A DNA stretch of 64,000 nucleotides from Candidatus Phoenicimicrobium oleiphilum (GTDB lineage Bacteria > Atribacterota > Phoenicimicrobiia > Phoenicimicrobiales > Phoenicimicrobiaceae), in assembly GCA_039638295.1 (NCBI GenBank), contig JBDIWJ010000003.1, positions 16,289-80,288 on the forward strand, written 5' to 3'. This document shows, piece by piece, positions 42,371 to 52,700 of the stretch. Below the pieces are notes generated by a model, which worked only from the letters and a program-made list of their open reading frames with translations, made no database searches and was not told the DNA's origin. Position numbers and translations under genes: made by a program. Every line of letters starts with the position of its first letter. The first letter of the stretch is position 1.

Positions 42371-43297
42371 ATGAATGGTATTTTAAATATTTTTAAACCA
42401 AAAGGAATTAGTTCATTTAAAGTTGTAAAAGAAGTTAGAAATATTTTAGGTGTAAAGAAAGCGGGGCATGCCGGAACATTAGACCCTTCTGCATCAGGCG
42501 TTTTATTAGTATGTTTGGACCAGGCAACCAAGATCGTTAAATTTATGACAGAACTAAAAAAACATTATATTGGTGAAATGATATTAGGTATAAGTACTAC
42601 CACCTACGATTCGGAAGGAGAAATCATCCAGATAAAAAAAGTTAATACTGATATTGACGAAAAAATAATTAATAATGTATTCCAGAAATATAAAGGCACG
42701 ATTAGTCAAATTCCTCCGATGTTTTCGTCGGTCCATTATAAAGGTGAAAGATTATATAATCTTGCCAGAAAAGGTATAGAAGTAAAGAGAAATCCTAGGA
42801 AAATAAAAATATACCAATTAAATTTGATTAACTTTGTCAAAAGAAAAAACCCGATTATTAAGTTTGAGGTAGTATGTTCAAAAGGTACTTATATTAGAAC
42901 ATTATGTAATGATATAGGCAATGAATTAGGTTGTGGCGCGTATTTATCCAGTTTGGTTAGGAAGGAAATCGGAAATTTTAATATTGAAAACTCTTTAAAA
43001 TTAGAAGATTTGAAAAAAGACCCAACTTTGGGTAAAAAATACCTGATTACTATAGACTCTGCTCTTAACGATTTAGAAAGAATAACGATAAAAGCAGATG
43101 AAATTAAAACTATTATGAATGGAGGTATTATATTAAAAAGGCAAACTATAAAAAATCAAGAAGAATCAAAGATAAAAAAAGGTAAATTAATTAAAATATT
43201 AGATGCTCAAGGGAATTTATTAGCCATTGGCCTCCAAATTATAAAAAACAGAGAAGATATAATAATCAAACCAGTTAAAATATTTAAAAATCTTTGA
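42371..43297 (+). CDS. truB: tRNA pseudouridine(55) synthase
   Basis: GILNIFKPKGISSF...GHAGTLDPSASGVL catalytic Asp motif, and a PUA C-terminus. Confidence 0.93.
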   Translation: MNGILNIFKPKGISSFKVVKEVRNILGVKKAGHAGTLDPSASGVLLVCLDQATKIVKFMTELKKHYIGEMILGISTTTYDSEGEIIQIKKVNTDIDEKIINNVFQKYKGTISQIPPMFSSVHYKGERLYNLARKGIEVKRNPRKIKIYQLNLINFVKRKNPIIKFEVVCSKGTYIRTLCNDIGNELGCGAYLSSLVRKEIGNFNIENSLKLEDLKKDPTLGKKYLITIDSALNDLERITIKADEIKTIMNGGIILKRQTIKNQEESKIKKGKLIKILDAQGNLLAIGLQIIKNREDIIIKPVKIFKNL

Positions 43298-43330
43298 TTA
43301 AAATGGTTTTTAAAAAGTAAATGTTAAATT

Positions 43331-44299
43331 ATGAAAATATTAATATACTCGAAAAATATAAAATTACCTGATAAAGATCGCTATATTGCTTTAGGTGTTT
43401 TTGATGGCGTACATCTAGGGCATCAAAAATTAATTAGATCTACTGTTGACAAAGCAAAAAAAAATAATGGTATAAGTATAGTTATAACTTTCGAACCTCA
43501 TCCAGATAAAATAATTATCCCTGGGAATAATATTTTTCTTTTAACTACTTTAAAAGAAAAGATAAATTTGATTAATGATTTAAATGTAGATATTTTGCTT
43601 ATTATTAGATTTACTAAAAAAATAAGTGGGATGTCTCCTAAAGACTTTGTAAGTAAAATTTTGGTTGATGACTTAAAGGTAAAAGAACTTTTTGTAGGCT
43701 TTAACTATAAATTTGGTTTCCAGGGGAGCGGAAATATTGAGTGCTTAAAAAAATATGGTAAAATATATAACTTTAAAACTAATATAGTAAAACCCGAAAT
43801 TATAGAAAATACCGTTATAAGTAGTACCAAGATAAAAGAATATATTAGCCTTGGAGATATGGAAAAAGCAAAGAAATTTCTGGGACATAATCTAATAATT
43901 TCAGGAAAAGTGGTTCCTGGAAAAAGAAGGGGGAAAAATTTACTTAATTTTGCTACAGCTAATATTGATATACCTTCTGAAAAAATTATGCCAGCTAACG
44001 GGGTTTATTTAGTAAAAATAACAATTAATAACAAAAAATATTATGGTTTGATGAATATTGGAACAAGACCCACTTTCAATGAAAGAAATCGAACTGTAGA
44101 AATTCATATATTAGACTTTAATCAGAGCATTTATAATAAATATCTAAATATCGAAATGTTGCATAAAATAAGAGATGAAAAATATTTCCCCAATGCTATT
44201 TTGCTAAAAAAACAGATTGAAAAAGACATTTTGATTGCCCGAAATATAATTGATAAAAGAAATAGTATGATTGAAATCCAAAAAATAGACAAATGGTAA
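43331..44299 (+). CDS. ribF: bifunctional riboflavin kinase / FMN adenylyltransferase
   Basis: 322 aa with an FAD synthetase N-terminus (GVFDGVHLGHQ) and a riboflavin kinase C-terminus. Confidence 0.9.
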   Translation: MKILIYSKNIKLPDKDRYIALGVFDGVHLGHQKLIRSTVDKAKKNNGISIVITFEPHPDKIIIPGNNIFLLTTLKEKINLINDLNVDILLIIRFTKKISGMSPKDFVSKILVDDLKVKELFVGFNYKFGFQGSGNIECLKKYGKIYNFKTNIVKPEIIENTVISSTKIKEYISLGDMEKAKKFLGHNLIISGKVVPGKRRGKNLLNFATANIDIPSEKIMPANGVYLVKITINNKKYYGLMNIGTRPTFNERNRTVEIHILDFNQSIYNKYLNIEMLHKIRDEKYFPNAILLKKQIEKDILIARNIIDKRNSMIEIQKIDKW

Positions 44300-44533
44300 G
44301 GTAGGGGGCAATATGCATAATCTTTTGAAGATATTTTTGGCTTTTTGTGGAATAACCATAGTATATAAATTAGCTACTAGTGAATAGAAAATAGTATAAG
44401 AACGAAGTAAACTAACTGCTAACGACTTTTCACTAACGACTAATTGTTGAAGGGTCTAATTGTTTATGCTAAAATAATTTAGCTTATTAATAATAAAAAT
44501 TTAAATCATCAAAAAACAAAAGGAGATATTAAT

Positions 44534-44800
44534 ATGGTTTTTAAAGAAGATAAGGAGAAAATAATAAAAAAATATCAACATCATACTACTGATACTGGTT
44601 CACCCGAGGTACAAATTGCCTTGTTAACAGAAAGAATAAACTATCTTACAGAACACCTAAATAAAAATAAGCAGGATTTTCATTCCAAACAAGGCTTATT
44701 AAAGATGGTTGGTAAAAGAAGAAGATTATTAAATTATCTTAAAAATAAAGATGTCGAGAAGTACCGAAAAGTCCTGAGTGACCTTAATTTAAGAAAATAG
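44534..44800 (+). CDS. rpsO: 30S ribosomal protein S15
   Basis: 88 aa ([21 protein letters not shown]...). Confidence 0.95.
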   Translation: MVFKEDKEKIIKKYQHHTTDTGSPEVQIALLTERINYLTEHLNKNKQDFHSKQGLLKMVGKRRRLLNYLKNKDVEKYRKVLSDLNLRK

Positions 44801-44865
44801 CAATAATGAAATTTTACATAAAAAATATTCATTGTTTTAAAAAAAGGAGGAAAACGTATATATAG

Positions 44866-47016
44866 ATGTTAGGATCTAATGAAATTAAAATTAATATAAA
44901 TACAAATAAAATAATTAATTTAGGAACTGGTAAAATTGCCAAACAGGCAGATGGCTCAGTAATAGTCAGCTGCGGCGAAACAACTGTACTGGTAACTGCA
45001 GTATCTTCTAAAGAGCCAAGAGAAGGAATTGACTTTTTTCCTTTATTAGTAGATTATGAGGAAAAATTTTACGCTGCAGGTAAGATACCTGGAGGATTTT
45101 TCAAAAGAGAAGGCAAACCGAGCAAGAATGCAATATTAACCTCTAGACTTATTGACCGACCATTACGACCATTATTTCCCAAGGGATATAGAAATGACGT
45201 TCAGGTTATTGCCACCGTTCTTTCTTATGATCAAAAAAATTTACCAGACATTCTTGCAATTATTGGAGCATCTTCTGCTCTATGGATATCGGAAATCCCT
45301 ATACAATGTCCAATAGGAGCAGTTAGGATTGGAATGATAAATAATGAAATTGTGGTAAATCCTACTAATGAAGAATTAGAAAATAGCGTATTAGATTTAA
45401 TCATAGCCGGCACGAAAGATTCTATTATCATGATGGAAGGCGAAGCAAAGGAAGTCCCAGAAGAAACAATTTTAAAGGCAATAGATGTAGCTCAGGAATC
45501 GATCAAAATAATCGTTGAAGGTCAAGAAAAATTATTAGATATTTTAGGAAAATCTAATGTAGAAAAGAACGAAATATTTTCAAATGCAGTAGCCAAAGAA
45601 AAAGATGATGCATATGAAAAAATAAAAAAGGACTTTGAAGAAGAAATTAAGAAAGCTATTTGTATTAACGAAAAAAAAGAACGAGAAGAATCATTAGAAG
45701 AAATATTTAATAATGTTATGGAAAAATACTCTACGGAAGAAGAGGAACAAAAATCTCTTTTGAAAAACATTTTTGATGACATTTGCCGAGAAGTTGTCCG
45801 TAGTTTAATACTCCAGGAAAAAATTAGAGTAGATGGTAGAAAATTAGATGATATTCGTCCTATTAGTTGTGAGATCGGCATACTTCCACGGGTACACGGG
45901 AGTGCTTTATTCACCAGAGGCCAAACCCAGGCTTTGGTTTTAACTACTCTTGGTACAATTAAAGATAGACAATTTATTGATACCTTAGAAGAAGAAGATT
46001 ATGAGAGATTTTATTTACATTATAATTTCCCACCTTACAGTGTTGGTGAAGTAAGTCCAAGAAGGGGTCAATCAAGAAGAGAAATTGGTCATGGTTCATT
46101 GGCAGAAAAAGCTTTAAAATTTGTAATTCCACCAGAAGAAGAGTTTCCTTATACTATTCGAGTGGTTTCTGAAATCTTAGAATCAAACGGTTCTTCTTCT
46201 ATGGCTACTGTCTGTGGAGGAAGTTTATCTCTAATGGATGCAGGAGTCCCTATAAAGAGACCGATAGCTGGAATTGCTATGGGTTTAGTAAAAGAATATG
46301 AAAATGTGGAGATTTTAACTGATATCTTAGGGATAGAAGACCATTTTGGAGATATGGATTTCAAAGCTGCTGGAAGTAGCAATGGAATTACTGCAATTCA
46401 GATGGATCTAAAAATTGCCGGTATTTCTAGAAATACGATGAATGATATTTTACGAAAATCAAAAAAAGCAAGGTTGGCTATCTTGGAAAAAATGAATGAA
46501 GTAATTTCAAAACCGAAAAAAGATTTATCTACCTATGCTCCTAAAATAACTATTATGAAGATTGATCCCACTAAAATTGGTATAGTTATTGGTCCAAGTG
46601 GGAAAAATATAAAAAAGATAATTGAGACAACCGGAGCATCAATCGACATTAAAGAGGATGGAGAAATATTTATCTCCTCTACTGATGAAAAATCAGTAAC
46701 GCAGTCTAAGAAAATGATTGAGAGTCTAGTAAAAGAAGCCAAAGTTGGAGATATATATAAAGGAAGAGTAACCCGAACTACTAATTTTGGAGCTTTTGTA
46801 GAAATTTTGCCTGGGAAAGAAGGATTGGTTCATATTTCAAAATTATCTAAAAAACGCATCGCAAAAGTTGAAGATATAGTTAAAGTAAATGATGATATAT
46901 TAGTTAAGGTTATTGGCATTGACAATCTTGGGAGAATTGATTTAAGAAAGATAGATGCTGATGAAAATAATATAGTAGAAAATGATATTACTGATAAAAA
47001 TGAAAATTATGATTAA
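44866..47016 (+). CDS. pnp: polyribonucleotide nucleotidyltransferase (PNPase)
   Basis: 716 aa with two RNase PH domains plus KH and S1 domains. Confidence 0.96.
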   Translation: MLGSNEIKININTNKIINLGTGKIAKQADGSVIVSCGETTVLVTAVSSKEPREGIDFFPLLVDYEEKFYAAGKIPGGFFKREGKPSKNAILTSRLIDRPLRPLFPKGYRNDVQVIATVLSYDQKNLPDILAIIGASSALWISEIPIQCPIGAVRIGMINNEIVVNPTNEELENSVLDLIIAGTKDSIIMMEGEAKEVPEETILKAIDVAQESIKIIVEGQEKLLDILGKSNVEKNEIFSNAVAKEKDDAYEKIKKDFEEEIKKAICINEKKEREESLEEIFNNVMEKYSTEEEEQKSLLKNIFDDICREVVRSLILQEKIRVDGRKLDDIRPISCEIGILPRVHGSALFTRGQTQALVLTTLGTIKDRQFIDTLEEEDYERFYLHYNFPPYSVGEVSPRRGQSRREIGHGSLAEKALKFVIPPEEEFPYTIRVVSEILESNGSSSMATVCGGSLSLMDAGVPIKRPIAGIAMGLVKEYENVEILTDILGIEDHFGDMDFKAAGSSNGITAIQMDLKIAGISRNTMNDILRKSKKARLAILEKMNEVISKPKKDLSTYAPKITIMKIDPTKIGIVIGPSGKNIKKIIETTGASIDIKEDGEIFISSTDEKSVTQSKKMIESLVKEAKVGDIYKGRVTRTTNFGAFVEILPGKEGLVHISKLSKKRIAKVEDIVKVNDDILVKVIGIDNLGRIDLRKIDADENNIVENDITDKNENYD

Positions 47017-47061
47017 TCTTTTAATTTAAACAAAAAAATAATCAAATAAATAGATAAAAGA

Positions 47062-47529
47062 GTGAATTTAAAGTTGGCAATTAATAGGATAGAAATAAAG
47101 TTAGAAAAAGCAAAAGGTTGCGAAGACCTGCCTTTACCTGTTTCTGCAAGTGAATTTTCGTCAGGAGTTGATTTATTATGTGCAGAAACTTCGGAGATTA
47201 TATTAAAACCTGGCCAAATAAAATTAGTTTCTACAGGCATTAAAATTATGATACCTGAAGGATATGAAGGTCAAATAAGGCCACGTAGTGGTCTTGCTCT
47301 TAAATATGGTGTTACTGTTTTAAATACTCCAGGAACTATCGATTCTGATTATAGAGGAATTGTAAAGGTAATATTAATTAATTTAGGTGAAAAGGATTTT
47401 ATTATACAAAGAGGAGACAGAATCGCTCAATTGATAGTTCAAAAAGTATTTTATCCTGATTTTAAATTAGTTAAAACTTTAAATAATACAAAAAGAGGAG
47501 AAGGTGGATTTGGACATAGTGGCATATAA
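47062..47529 (+). CDS. dut: dUTP diphosphatase
   Basis: 155 aa with dUTPase motifs (SAGVDL, RSGLALK, GTIDSDYRG). GTG start. Confidence 0.88.
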   Translation: MNLKLAINRIEIKLEKAKGCEDLPLPVSASEFSSGVDLLCAETSEIILKPGQIKLVSTGIKIMIPEGYEGQIRPRSGLALKYGVTVLNTPGTIDSDYRGIVKVILINLGEKDFIIQRGDRIAQLIVQKVFYPDFKLVKTLNNTKRGEGGFGHSGI

Positions 47530-47631
47530 TAAGTAATAAGTAATGAGTAATGAGTAATAAGATTAAATTTTCTAATTACTGAAAACTACTACTTACCGCG
47601 AATTACTCATTACTCATTACTTATTTACTTT
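47530..47631. repeat. heptamer-tiled inverted-repeat element
   Basis: The arm (gtaataa gtaatga gtaatga gtaataa) faces its reverse complement across a 38-nt spacer. It begins immediately after the dut stop. Confidence 0.85.
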
Positions 47632-47650
47632 ATCTAAGTGGAGGTATTTA

Positions 47651-49264
47651 ATGGGCATTGAGCTAATCTTTGGAATGGTTGGAGGCTTAGGCTTATTTTT
47701 GTATGGAATGAATTTGCTTAGTGAAGGTTTGCAAAAAATTACCGGGGATAAAATTCAAAAAATATTAGAATTATTAACCAACAAACCAATAATGGGTGTT
47801 ATAACCGGAGCCCTAATTACCTCTATCATTCAAAGTAGTAGTGCTACAAGCGTTATAGTTATTGGACTAGTTAATGCTGGTTTATTAAATTTAAAACAGT
47901 CAATAAGTATTATAGCCGGAGCAAATATAGGGACTACTGTAACTGCTCAGATAGTGTCTTTTCGCTTGGAAAAATATGCTTTGCCCGCAATTGGCATAGG
48001 AGTTATTTTAAATCTTATGTCAAAAAAAAGAAAATATAAATATTTGGGACAAGTCTTACTTGGTTTTGGTATATTATTCTTAGGGCTATATACTATGTCG
48101 ACTGCAGTAAAACCTTTAAGAAGTTATACTCCATTCCTGGATTTATTAGTAAATATTTCTCATAATCCATTATTAGGAATCGCAGTTGCTGCAATATTTA
48201 CAGCTATAATCCAAAGTAGTAGTGCTACTACTGCAATCATTATTGCTATGTCAATTCAAGGTATAATTAATATAGAATCAGCGATTCCATTAATATTGGG
48301 AAGTAATATTGGGACTTGTTTTACTGCGGTAATTGCCAGCATAGGAAGTTCTATAACGGGAAAACGCGTTGCACTTTCTCATCTTTTATTTAATATTGGA
48401 GGGGTCATCCTTTTTCTATTCTTTTTAGATAAATTTTCATTTTTAACAACTTTGACTTCTCCAATTATCCCCAGGCAGATTGCCAATGCCCATACAATAT
48501 TCAATGTAGTTAATTCTATTATATTACTTCCTTTCCTATCCTTTTTTGTTAAATTTATTGTTAAGCTCTTACCTGGTGAAGAAATTGTTATAAAAAAAGG
48601 CCCTATCTATCTAAGCAAAAGCGTAATAAATACTCCATCTATTGCCTTAGAGCAAGCCACAAAGGAATTAATTAGAATGGGAAAGATGGTGGAAAGTATG
48701 TTAAATGATGTGATACTATCTTTTATTCAAAATGATATAAATGTTTTAAAGAAGGTATATTTAAAGGAAGAAGTTGTAAACACATTAGAGAAAGAGATTA
48801 CTAAATATTTAGTATTAATTTCGCAACAATCCCTTAATGTTAATCAATCAAAGAGATTAAATGATTTAATAAATATAGTAAACGATATAGAAAGGGTAGG
48901 TGACCATGCTGAAAATTTAGCAGAACTTACTGAAGAAAAAATAAATGAAGGTTTACCTTTCAGCGATAAAGCCATAGATGAATTAAAATTTATGTTTTCT
49001 AAAGTACAATCTTCTCTAAATAAATCAATTTCTGCCTTGGAAAATAGAGATACAGATTTAGCTCGAGAGGTAGCCTCTAAAGAAGATGAAATTGATAAAA
49101 TAGAACAAAAACTTCGTGATAACCATATAAATAGACTAAATAAGGGTGTTTGCTATCCAGAATCTGGAGTAATTTTTTTAGACATAATAAGTAATTTAGA
49201 AAGAATCGGAGACCATGCCAATAATATTAGCTTGATGGTAATTGATGAATTATCCAAAAGTTAG
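47651..49264 (+). CDS. Na+/phosphate cotransporter (NptA family) with C-terminal PhoU domains
   Basis: 537 aa. It has duplicated QSSSAT motifs in the TM domain and a C-terminal paired PhoU-like helical domain. Confidence 0.85.
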   Translation: MGIELIFGMVGGLGLFLYGMNLLSEGLQKITGDKIQKILELLTNKPIMGVITGALITSIIQSSSATSVIVIGLVNAGLLNLKQSISIIAGANIGTTVTAQIVSFRLEKYALPAIGIGVILNLMSKKRKYKYLGQVLLGFGILFLGLYTMSTAVKPLRSYTPFLDLLVNISHNPLLGIAVAAIFTAIIQSSSATTAIIIAMSIQGIINIESAIPLILGSNIGTCFTAVIASIGSSITGKRVALSHLLFNIGGVILFLFFLDKFSFLTTLTSPIIPRQIANAHTIFNVVNSIILLPFLSFFVKFIVKLLPGEEIVIKKGPIYLSKSVINTPSIALEQATKELIRMGKMVESMLNDVILSFIQNDINVLKKVYLKEEVVNTLEKEITKYLVLISQQSLNVNQSKRLNDLINIVNDIERVGDHAENLAELTEEKINEGLPFSDKAIDELKFMFSKVQSSLNKSISALENRDTDLAREVASKEDEIDKIEQKLRDNHINRLNKGVCYPESGVIFLDIISNLERIGDHANNISLMVIDELSKS

Positions 49265-49278
49265 GGGAATATATCTAA

Positions 49279-50100
49279 TTGATATTATTAGGATTAATAC
49301 AAGGTATTACTGAATTTCTTCCAGTAAGCAGTTCTGGTCATTTGGTAATAGCAAAATATTTTTTAAAATTGAATTTACCAGGTGCTGCTTTTGAAGCATT
49401 TGTCCATTTTGGAACAGTTTTAGCGGTGATAATACTTTTTAAAAAAGAGATAAAGAAATTGTTTATATCTTTCTTTCAAAGTATTTATAAATTGTTTAAG
49501 GGGGAAAAAATTTCAAGTATATTAGAAAAAGACTCTTATTCAAAATTTGCCTGGTTTTTAATTATTAGTTCTGTTCCAGCTGCTATAATAGGATATAACT
49601 TTAGTTCGTATCTGGAAATATTATTTAACAAAACACTAATAACTTCATCAATGTTGTTTATCACCGGGACATTACTCTGGTTGGGTAATAAAAATTACAC
49701 TGAAGGGAATAAGAATATTTCAGAAATTTCCTATAAGGATGCCATTTTTATAGGAGTAGCTCAAGCTGTTGCTATTATTCCTGGAATTTCAAGATCAGGT
49801 TTAACTGTCTTGGCAGGATTACAAAGGAATTTAGATCGAGAATTTGCAGCAAAATATTCTTTTATATTGTCTATACCAATCATTCTGGGTGCAACAATTT
49901 TTAAAGTAGGAGAATTATCTTCTCTAAATATAGAGCTTTCTAATTTGATATTGTCTGGATTGGTAGCTTTGATATCAGGTTACCTGGCAATGAAAATATT
50001 CATTAGATTATTAAAAAGTCGCAAAATATATTTCTTTTCATATTATCTTTGGGTTTTGTCTATTTCAACCATTTGTATAGTTTTATTGAAAGGGTATTGA
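49279..50100 (+). CDS. uppP: undecaprenyl-diphosphate phosphatase
   Basis: GLIQGITEFLPVSSSGHL signature. TTG start. Confidence 0.9.
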   Translation: MILLGLIQGITEFLPVSSSGHLVIAKYFLKLNLPGAAFEAFVHFGTVLAVIILFKKEIKKLFISFFQSIYKLFKGEKISSILEKDSYSKFAWFLIISSVPAAIIGYNFSSYLEILFNKTLITSSMLFITGTLLWLGNKNYTEGNKNISEISYKDAIFIGVAQAVAIIPGISRSGLTVLAGLQRNLDREFAAKYSFILSIPIILGATIFKVGELSSLNIELSNLILSGLVALISGYLAMKIFIRLLKSRKIYFFSYYLWVLSISTICIVLLKGY

Positions 50101-50101
50101 G

Positions 50102-52234
50102 ATGAGAAAGAAAAATACCAAAAATGAAGTTGTAAGTATATTAATAATATCATTTTCCTTAATATATCTTTTTGCTTTTATCTTTGCAGAAAAAATGGGA
50201 ATTGTGGGGAAAATGATTGTACAAACTGCTACTGGTAATATTGGTCTAGGTGCGTATATTTTACCTTTTTTATTATTATTTTTAGGATTTATCACTTTTT
50301 TTGATTATAAATTACCTAATCCTTACCATAAATTCTTTGGCGTAGTTTTATTATTCATAATCTTCCTTACCTTCATCCATATTAAGTTATTATTTCTTAG
50401 TAACCCTTATTTATTGGCAAAAAGTGGGGTAGGGGGAGGTTTATTGGGTTACTATCTTGCTAATTCTTTGCATCTTTATTTTGGAATAAAAGGTTCTTAT
50501 CTTGTTTTAATATCACTGAGTTTGATATCTGCTTTATTCATAACAGAAATATCTTATTTTTATATACTCCATAATTTATTAAAAGGGATAAAATTAATAT
50601 TACACAAATTTTACGAAATCCTTAAAAATAGTTTAGTCAAAATATTTAAGACTATAAGTTATAAGGAAAAAACAGATTATGGTGAAGTATACGAAAAAGA
50701 GAGAAGACCTGTGGAAAATTATAAAGAAAAAAGAAAAGAAAAGAAATTAAAAGAAGAAATTATTTTTGATAAAGACTATCAAGAAACTACTATAAGTACC
50801 TATCAAATACCACCTTTATCTCTATTATTTGAATCAGACATTAAAGAAAAAGGCGATACTAAACTGAATATAGAGGAAAATATGAACACTCTTGAAAAAA
50901 CATTTTTTAATTTTGGTATAGATGCAAAAGTTGTAGGTGTGATCCAGGGGCCTACCGTTACTCGATATGAAATTCAACCTGCTCCTGGAGTTAAAATATC
51001 TAAAATAACTAACCTTAGTAATGATATTGCCTTAGCTTTCGCAGTGGCTTCCGTGAGAATAGAGGCTCCTATCCCCGGGAAAAATGCCGTAGGTATTGAA
51101 GTCCCTAATCGAAAAAGGATCAACGTTTATTTAAAAGAAATATTACAGAGTGATGAATTTAAAAATAGTAAATTTAAATTACCCATAGCTTTAGGAATAG
51201 ATATTGGAGGTAGACCAATAATCGCGGATTTAACTGAACTGCCCCACCTTCTAATTGCAGGGGCAACAGGATCAGGGAAAAGTGTATGTATTAATAATAT
51301 AATATTAAGCTTTTTGTATAAATTAGGCCCAGAAAGAGTAAAATTTCTTATGATTGATCCAAAAAGAGTAGAATTGAATATTTATAATGGTATCCCTCAT
51401 CTCCTGATTCCCATTGTTACTGATGCTACTCAATCAATTAAAGTATTAAATTGGACAATTTCTGAAATGGAAAAAAGATTTAAAATTTTTGCTGAAGCAG
51501 GAGTTAGAAATTTAGATGGTTATAATGAATACATCAGAAATGTCAAATCAGATACCTCTACATTACCTTATATTATAGTAATAATCGATGAATTAGCGGA
51601 TTTAATGTTATCTTCTCCGGTTAAGGTAGAAGAAGCATTATGTAGATTGGCTCAAATGACTCGAGCAACCGGAATACATTTAATTATTGCTACTCAGCGA
51701 CCTTCTGTAGATATTATTACTGGTTCCATAAAAATAAACTTTCCTTCTAGAATTGCTTTTGCAGTATCGACTCAAGTAGATTCAAGAACTATATTAGATG
51801 TTAATGGGGCAGAGAAATTGTTAGGAAATGGTGATATGTTATTTTCCCCGGTTGGAGCTTCTAAACCGATTAGAGCCCAAGGAGCTTTTGTAGTAGAAAA
51901 GGAGATTAAAAAAGTAGTATCTTTTTTACAAAAAAATAGTCCATCCCCTGCCTATGAACAGGAGGTATTGGAGTTTAAAAAAAGTAAAAGTACTTATCGA
52001 GAAGCAGATGAAGAGGAAGAAGATGAATTATTTAATGATGCAGTATCAATAATTATTAATAGTAAGCAAGCTTCCATATCTATATTACAGAGAAAATTGA
52101 GAATCGGTTATACCAGAGCTGCAAGATTGATAGATTTAATGGAGAAGAGGGGAATTGTAGGACCTTATGATGGTCGAAACCCACGAAAAATATTAATTTC
52201 TAATGAAGAATACTTGAATAAATATGGTGAATAA
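50102..52234 (+). CDS. ftsK: DNA translocase FtsK/SpoIIIE
   Basis: 710 aa with N-terminal TM segments, Walker A GATGSGKS and a C-terminal gamma winged-helix domain. Confidence 0.93.
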   Translation: MRKKNTKNEVVSILIISFSLIYLFAFIFAEKMGIVGKMIVQTATGNIGLGAYILPFLLLFLGFITFFDYKLPNPYHKFFGVVLLFIIFLTFIHIKLLFLSNPYLLAKSGVGGGLLGYYLANSLHLYFGIKGSYLVLISLSLISALFITEISYFYILHNLLKGIKLILHKFYEILKNSLVKIFKTISYKEKTDYGEVYEKERRPVENYKEKRKEKKLKEEIIFDKDYQETTISTYQIPPLSLLFESDIKEKGDTKLNIEENMNTLEKTFFNFGIDAKVVGVIQGPTVTRYEIQPAPGVKISKITNLSNDIALAFAVASVRIEAPIPGKNAVGIEVPNRKRINVYLKEILQSDEFKNSKFKLPIALGIDIGGRPIIADLTELPHLLIAGATGSGKSVCINNIILSFLYKLGPERVKFLMIDPKRVELNIYNGIPHLLIPIVTDATQSIKVLNWTISEMEKRFKIFAEAGVRNLDGYNEYIRNVKSDTSTLPYIIVIIDELADLMLSSPVKVEEALCRLAQMTRATGIHLIIATQRPSVDIITGSIKINFPSRIAFAVSTQVDSRTILDVNGAEKLLGNGDMLFSPVGASKPIRAQGAFVVEKEIKKVVSFLQKNSPSPAYEQEVLEFKKSKSTYREADEEEEDELFNDAVSIIINSKQASISILQRKLRIGYTRAARLIDLMEKRGIVGPYDGRNPRKILISNEEYLNKYGE

Positions 52235-52253
52235 ATTAAAAACTTAAAACTAC

Positions 52254-52608
52254 AAGCGAAAAACCATAATTCAAAACTCTTAACTAGTCGATAGTGAATA
52301 GTCGTTAGTAAATCGTATCGCGTATTAGTTACCCAGTTACCCTATTTACCGGTTATCCAGTTAAGAAAGTTGATTTTAATTCTTTGACTGGGTAACTGGC
52401 AAACTGGCTAACGGTATTACCATTTTTACTATATGCGATATACAAAAAACGATATTCGAATAAAATTTTTTAACAAATATTTCATATTTTTTCATTTTTA
52501 AGCAGGAAAAAAATTGTCTGGTATAGTATTATTATATTATAAGGGTATATTAAACCAATTGAGGTATCTGTCATACTAACGACTATCGACTATTCACTAA
52601 CGACTAAT
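52254..52608 (-). repeat. ~350-bp dispersed repeat, copy B (inverted relative to copy A)
   Basis: The reverse complement aligns end to end with 7927-8277, with about 15 mismatches or indels. Confidence 0.85.
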
Positions 52609-52700
52609 AAAAGGAGGTGATAAATGAATTATTTCTGAAGTGAAATTTAAACGATGTTAATATTTTCATTATTTTCTAATAAAGAAAGGAGATTTTAGTA

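Noticed and set aside
44805-44840. rpsO-pnp intergenic hairpin (aatgaa...ttcatt) as the RNase III autoregulatory site of pnp
   Set aside because: The stem is only 6 bp and AT-only, which is too weak to assert. The E. coli-type pnp leader structure is not evident.
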